Source of the DNA: an uncultured Methanosarcinales archaeon
GTDB lineage: Archaea > Nanobdellota > Nanobdellia > Woesearchaeales > DSVV01
Length of the DNA: 32,658 nucleotides
Reading direction: 5' to 3'
Assembly (NCBI GenBank): GCA_964593285.1
Contig: CAZQHZ010000015.1
Coordinates: forward strand, 1-32,658
Part shown: in pieces, positions 29,057 through 32,658 of the stretch
How positions within the stretch are numbered: position 1 is the stretch's first letter
How the letters are laid out: every line of letters begins with the position of its first letter
Notes under the pieces: generated by a model
What the model was told of the DNA's origin: nothing
What the model saw: only the letters and a program-made list of their open reading frames with translations
The model's database searches: none
Made by a program: the position numbers and the translations under genes

Positions 29057-29447
29057 TATTTTATTTATTTATTTATTTATTTTTAAAAATTATTTATTTA
29101 TTTATTTATCTTTTACTTATTTATTTTAATTAAATTAATAAAAAAAAGAAATTCTTAATTTAGTTAATTAATATAAATTATTAATGATTATAGATTGAAT
29201 AATAAAGTTATAAATTAATGTTGCATTTAAGTAAATAAATTTCTATAAATTTTTTTAAAATCACTGGTCATAGTTTTTTTCTCTTGAAAATAAAAATAAT
29301 CCACTGGACATTTGCTTGTGAAACTTATAAAGGATTACTGCATACTATATGACATAGTTGTTTTGGCCAAACAAACTAGATAAATCCTACTAAGATAAAA
29401 TGTCTTGGTTGAAATAAAATGCGATAAGCAAAGGAGGTGCATGTAAA

Positions 29448-29723
29448 ATGCAAGAACAAAAAAACATATATAAATTGGAAAAAAATATGCCAATAAAAAG
29501 CTTTAAAGCTGGTGCTATTAAAGCAACACTTTGGGAAAACCAAACAAATGATGGTAGTGCTTCATTTAATACCATTAATTTAGATCGAGTGTTTAAAGCT
29601 AAAGATGGTAAATGGCAAAATACACATTATTTAAGGGTGCAAGATTTACCAAAGGCATTAATTGTTTTAAATAAGGCTTATGAATTTCTTGTTTTGAATT
29701 CTGTAATTAGTCCAGAAAATTGA
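29448..29723 (+). CDS. Small hypothetical protein, putative PC4-like ssDNA-binding fold
   Basis: KSFKAGAIKATLWEN...INLDRVFKAKDGKWQNT..LRVQDLPKA; strong AAGGAGGTG RBS at 29431-29439. Confidence 0.7.
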   Translation: MQEQKNIYKLEKNMPIKSFKAGAIKATLWENQTNDGSASFNTINLDRVFKAKDGKWQNTHYLRVQDLPKALIVLNKAYEFLVLNSVISPEN

Positions 29724-29753
29724 TGAAATTAATGGAAATTTTGCCATAAAAAT

Positions 29754-29796
29754 TACTAAAATAACAGTTTTTTTCTGTTATTTAGTATTTTTTTTT
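29754..29796 (+). terminator. Hairpin plus T-run after the PC4-like gene
   Basis: TACTAAAATAACAG-T7-CTGTTATTTAGTA (one bulge) followed by T9. Confidence 0.6.
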
Positions 29797-29878
29797 ATAT
29801 TTTTATTAAATTTTTTCAAAAAAATGTTGATAAAAAATATAATAAAAGAAAAGATTAAATAATCCGAGGTGTTTTAGA

Positions 29879-30952
29879 ATGATAGAAAGTAAAATGAAAA
29901 ATAATATAGATGAATTAGATAAATCTGAAAATTTAGATAACATAGAATATGAAAATTTAAATGAAGATAATGTTAATGAAATTGTTGAAACAAAATCTTC
30001 TAAGAAAAAAGTAAAAGAAAAAACGTTGTTAGATTTACCAGGGGTTGGAGCTGCAACTGCAGATAAATTAACAGCTTCAGGATATAGTGATTTAGTTTCC
30101 ATTGCGGTTGCAAGTCCTGGTGAGGTTGTTGATGCAACAGGTATTACGGAGAGTGTTGCAAGAAAAATGATTAATTCTGCACGAGATTCTTTAGATATGG
30201 GCTTTGAAGATGCAGATGAGATACTTAAAAAACGGGAAAAAGTTGAAAAAATAAAAACTTTTTGTGAAAGTTTTGATAATTTAATGGGTGGTGGATTTGA
30301 AACTAGCTCAATTACTGAAATTTTTTCAGAATTTGGTGGTGGAAAAACACAAATTGCGCATCTTCTTTCAGTAAATATACAAAAATTAGCTGATGAAAAA
30401 GATCCAATTGCGGTTTACATTGATACTGAAAATACATTTAGGCCTGAGCGAATAAAGCAATTTGCTGTAGGAGCTGGATTAAATCCTGATGATGTTTTAA
30501 AAAAAATAAAGGTTGCACGAGCATATAACTCAGATCATCAGATGCTTCTTGCAGAAAAAGTTGAGGATTTGATAAAAAATAAAAAATTAAATGTAAAAAT
30601 AGTTATTGTGGATTCATTAACTGCACATTTTAGAGCTGAATTTATTGGTCGTGGTACACTTGCAGATAGGCAACAAAAATTAAATAGGCATATGCATACT
30701 TTATTGAAATTAGCAGATCAACATAATTTAATGGTGTATGTTACAAATCAAGTTATGTCAAAGCCAGATCAATTTTTTGGAGATCCAACTGCTGCAATTG
30801 GTGGACATATTGTTGCGCATGCATCAACTTTTAGGATATATCTTAGAAAAGGTAAAAAAGGTTGCAGGGTTGCAAAATTAATAGATAGCCCAAATTTGCC
30901 TGATGGTGAATGTAGTTTCTTTGTAACTGAAGAAGGTTTAAAAGATATTTAA
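29879..30952 (+). CDS. radA: DNA repair and recombination protein RadA
   Basis: HhH LPGVG, EFGGGKTQ, IDTENTFRPER, VDSL, GRGTLADRQQKL, TNQV and RIYLRKGK. Confidence 0.97.
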   Translation: MIESKMKNNIDELDKSENLDNIEYENLNEDNVNEIVETKSSKKKVKEKTLLDLPGVGAATADKLTASGYSDLVSIAVASPGEVVDATGITESVARKMINSARDSLDMGFEDADEILKKREKVEKIKTFCESFDNLMGGGFETSSITEIFSEFGGGKTQIAHLLSVNIQKLADEKDPIAVYIDTENTFRPERIKQFAVGAGLNPDDVLKKIKVARAYNSDHQMLLAEKVEDLIKNKKLNVKIVIVDSLTAHFRAEFIGRGTLADRQQKLNRHMHTLLKLADQHNLMVYVTNQVMSKPDQFFGDPTAAIGGHIVAHASTFRIYLRKGKKGCRVAKLIDSPNLPDGECSFFVTEEGLKDI

Positions 30953-31069
30953 TTTTTTTATTTTTTAATCTTTTTATTATTTTAAAAATAGTTCTGTTAA
31001 AAATATTTTATAGAATGAATTTACTTTATTTTTTTGTAAAAATTTATTATATAATTATATGAAAAATTT

Positions 31070-32119
31070 TTATGAGATGTTTTTATCTAATATCTCTTTT
31101 GATAAAGTTTTAATTTTACCTTTTTGATCATATAAAAAATGTGCATTTGGTCCAAACATATCATAAACTTTGCTTTTATGGTCTAAATAATGTAACTCTA
31201 AAGGATAATTTGATAATCCTTTATCTACTAATGTAATGTGAACCCCTCCTGGTTTTAAATAATTTAATCTTTCTCTATGATCATCACATCTATGATCAAT
31301 TATATAAAAACCTTTTAAATTTAAAGAACCATTACTTAATTTATAACAAATATTGTTAATGTTTTCTTCTGCTTTTTTTTGGTCTAATTCTACAATAGAA
31401 AATCCTAAAATATCTGCAAGCATTAGTTTATTTATTTTTTCATTATATTTTTTATGATAATTTGAATAATTATTCCAGTAATGATTTGTATCTTTACAAA
31501 CCTCAACTATAAATTTATCAATAGTACGATATATTTGTTTTTCATAATCTTTTATTTTTGATGTTGATTCATCTTCATAAAAATTTTCACCTAATTTTTC
31601 TGTAAGATATTTATGTTTTATTGAACGAATTATGTTTTTTATTTTACCATCTATTTTTTTATTTAATTTAAATCTATAGGAAAATATATGATTTAATTGA
31701 TTGTTGAAATAAAAATTAATATAATCATTTTTAGTAGGCATTGGTTGATTTGAATTCATTGCATTTAAAGTAATATTATCTAAAGAATATTGTTTATCGT
31801 ATGAATTTCTAACTTTTTTTCTTACATCTTCAAACGATCTTAACATAAATTGGTTTGATATTTGTTTTTTTGTCTTTGGAAAATTTATGTTGGAATTAGA
31901 AGTTATTCCTTCTATTATATTAGAAAATTTAGGAATGATAAAATTTTCATATATTTGTTTATAACCTTTTAGTCTACTTTTGATTATTTCTTCATTTTCA
32001 GGGTGAATAACTTTTTTGTGTTTAAAATAAGTATTTAAAAGGCATGCCAATGATGGTCCAAAACCAGATCCTTGTTCGAATATATATTCATTTAATTCTT
32101 GAGCTAATTTTTTTTTCAT
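31070..32119 (-). CDS. Hypothetical protein, divergent RelA/SpoT synthetase-like nucleotidyltransferase fold
   Basis: Ordered motifs YRFK...GK, LADILGFSIV, GGVHITL, PLELHY and GPNAHFLY; own TATA (TTTATATA) upstream. Confidence 0.55.
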   Translation of the reverse strand: MKKKLAQELNEYIFEQGSGFGPSLACLLNTYFKHKKVIHPENEEIIKSRLKGYKQIYENFIIPKFSNIIEGITSNSNINFPKTKKQISNQFMLRSFEDVRKKVRNSYDKQYSLDNITLNAMNSNQPMPTKNDYINFYFNNQLNHIFSYRFKLNKKIDGKIKNIIRSIKHKYLTEKLGENFYEDESTSKIKDYEKQIYRTIDKFIVEVCKDTNHYWNNYSNYHKKYNEKINKLMLADILGFSIVELDQKKAEENINNICYKLSNGSLNLKGFYIIDHRCDDHRERLNYLKPGGVHITLVDKGLSNYPLELHYLDHKSKVYDMFGPNAHFLYDQKGKIKTLSKEILDKNIS

Positions 32120-32181
32120 AAATTATCATTTTAAAGAACTACTATATAAATGTTTCTGTTTGTAACCACTTAGTAGTAGTT

Positions 32182-32619
32182 TTAAATAAAATAAACAATT
32201 AAACAAATAATAAAAGCTAATACAATTCCACTTATAACTTGAATTAATGAATGGCCTGTAAATTCATTAAATTTGAGATCTGTTTTAATTTTATTTTTGT
32301 TTTTTAATTTATTTAATATTTTTGCATGCATTCCAACTTCTCTTCGAAGTCCAAAAGAATCTCTAATTATTAAAAGTGCTAAAAAAAATACAATTATGGT
32401 AATTGTTGTTATGCCTTCATATAAAAATAATGAAAAGAATAATCCAAAAGCTATTGCAGAATGGCTACTTGGCATGCCACCTGTTTCAAAAAAAATTTTA
32501 AAATCAAATTTTTTTAATTGAAAAAATTTAACAAATGTTTTTATAGTTTGGCTAATAGCTAAAATAAGAAAACAACTAATAAAAATTTTATTTGTTATTA
32601 ATATATTAAAATCAAACAT
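32182..32619 (-). CDS. Divergent PAP2 family protein (DUF212)
   Basis: SQTIK, TGGMPSSHSA, DSFGLRREVGMHAKILN and GHSLIQV. Confidence 0.9.
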   Translation of the reverse strand: MFDFNILITNKIFISCFLILAISQTIKTFVKFFQLKKFDFKIFFETGGMPSSHSAIAFGLFFSLFLYEGITTITIIVFFLALLIIRDSFGLRREVGMHAKILNKLKNKNKIKTDLKFNEFTGHSLIQVISGIVLAFIICLIVYFI

Positions 32620-32658
32620 AAATTTTTTAAAATATTGAATTTTATAAATTTTTTGTTT

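Noticed and set aside
29057..29130. (TTTA)n-like run after the CNNM gene
   Set aside because: Imperfect AT-rich low complexity, at most a T-rich terminator zone.
1673..32521. Short antisense ORFs inside pyrH, secD, secF, trm1, sepF, metG, uvrA/B/C, MNT, vWA, CNNM, radA and DUF212
   Set aside because: Shadow ORFs fully overlapping well-supported genes, with no motifs.

Overview
Very AT-rich archaeal chromosomal segment using the standard code. The gene set (RadA, archaeal Trm1, SepF, UMP kinase, secF-secD order, S26B peptidase, METTL5-like methylase), TATA boxes ~25 nt before many starts and GGTGA/GGAGG ribosome-binding sites suggest a DPANN archaeon, probably Woesearchaeales (inference, not searched). 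Housekeeping genes: cutA, pyrH, secD/secF, trm1, sepF, tRNA-Val(TAC), tRNA-Gly(GCC), signal peptidase, metG, uvrB/uvrA/uvrC, pcm, a ChlI/MoxR-type AAA+ and vWA pair, a CNNM/CorC protein, radA and a DUF212 PAP2 protein. A ~3.2 kb accessory island between uvrB and pcm holds an intact wHTH-MNT/HEPN pair with a double palindromic operator, an intact RhuM gene, a 34-bp direct repeat and several decayed gene scraps. Best candidates for something new: a divergent RelA/SpoT-synthetase-like ORF with altered acceptor-binding motifs (31070-32119); a PC4-like small gene with a structured leader next to radA; a PspC-fusion / multi-TM / wHTH divergon; and a PDZ-like, sequon-rich insertion in SecD. All assignments come from motif recognition by eye; no searches were run.
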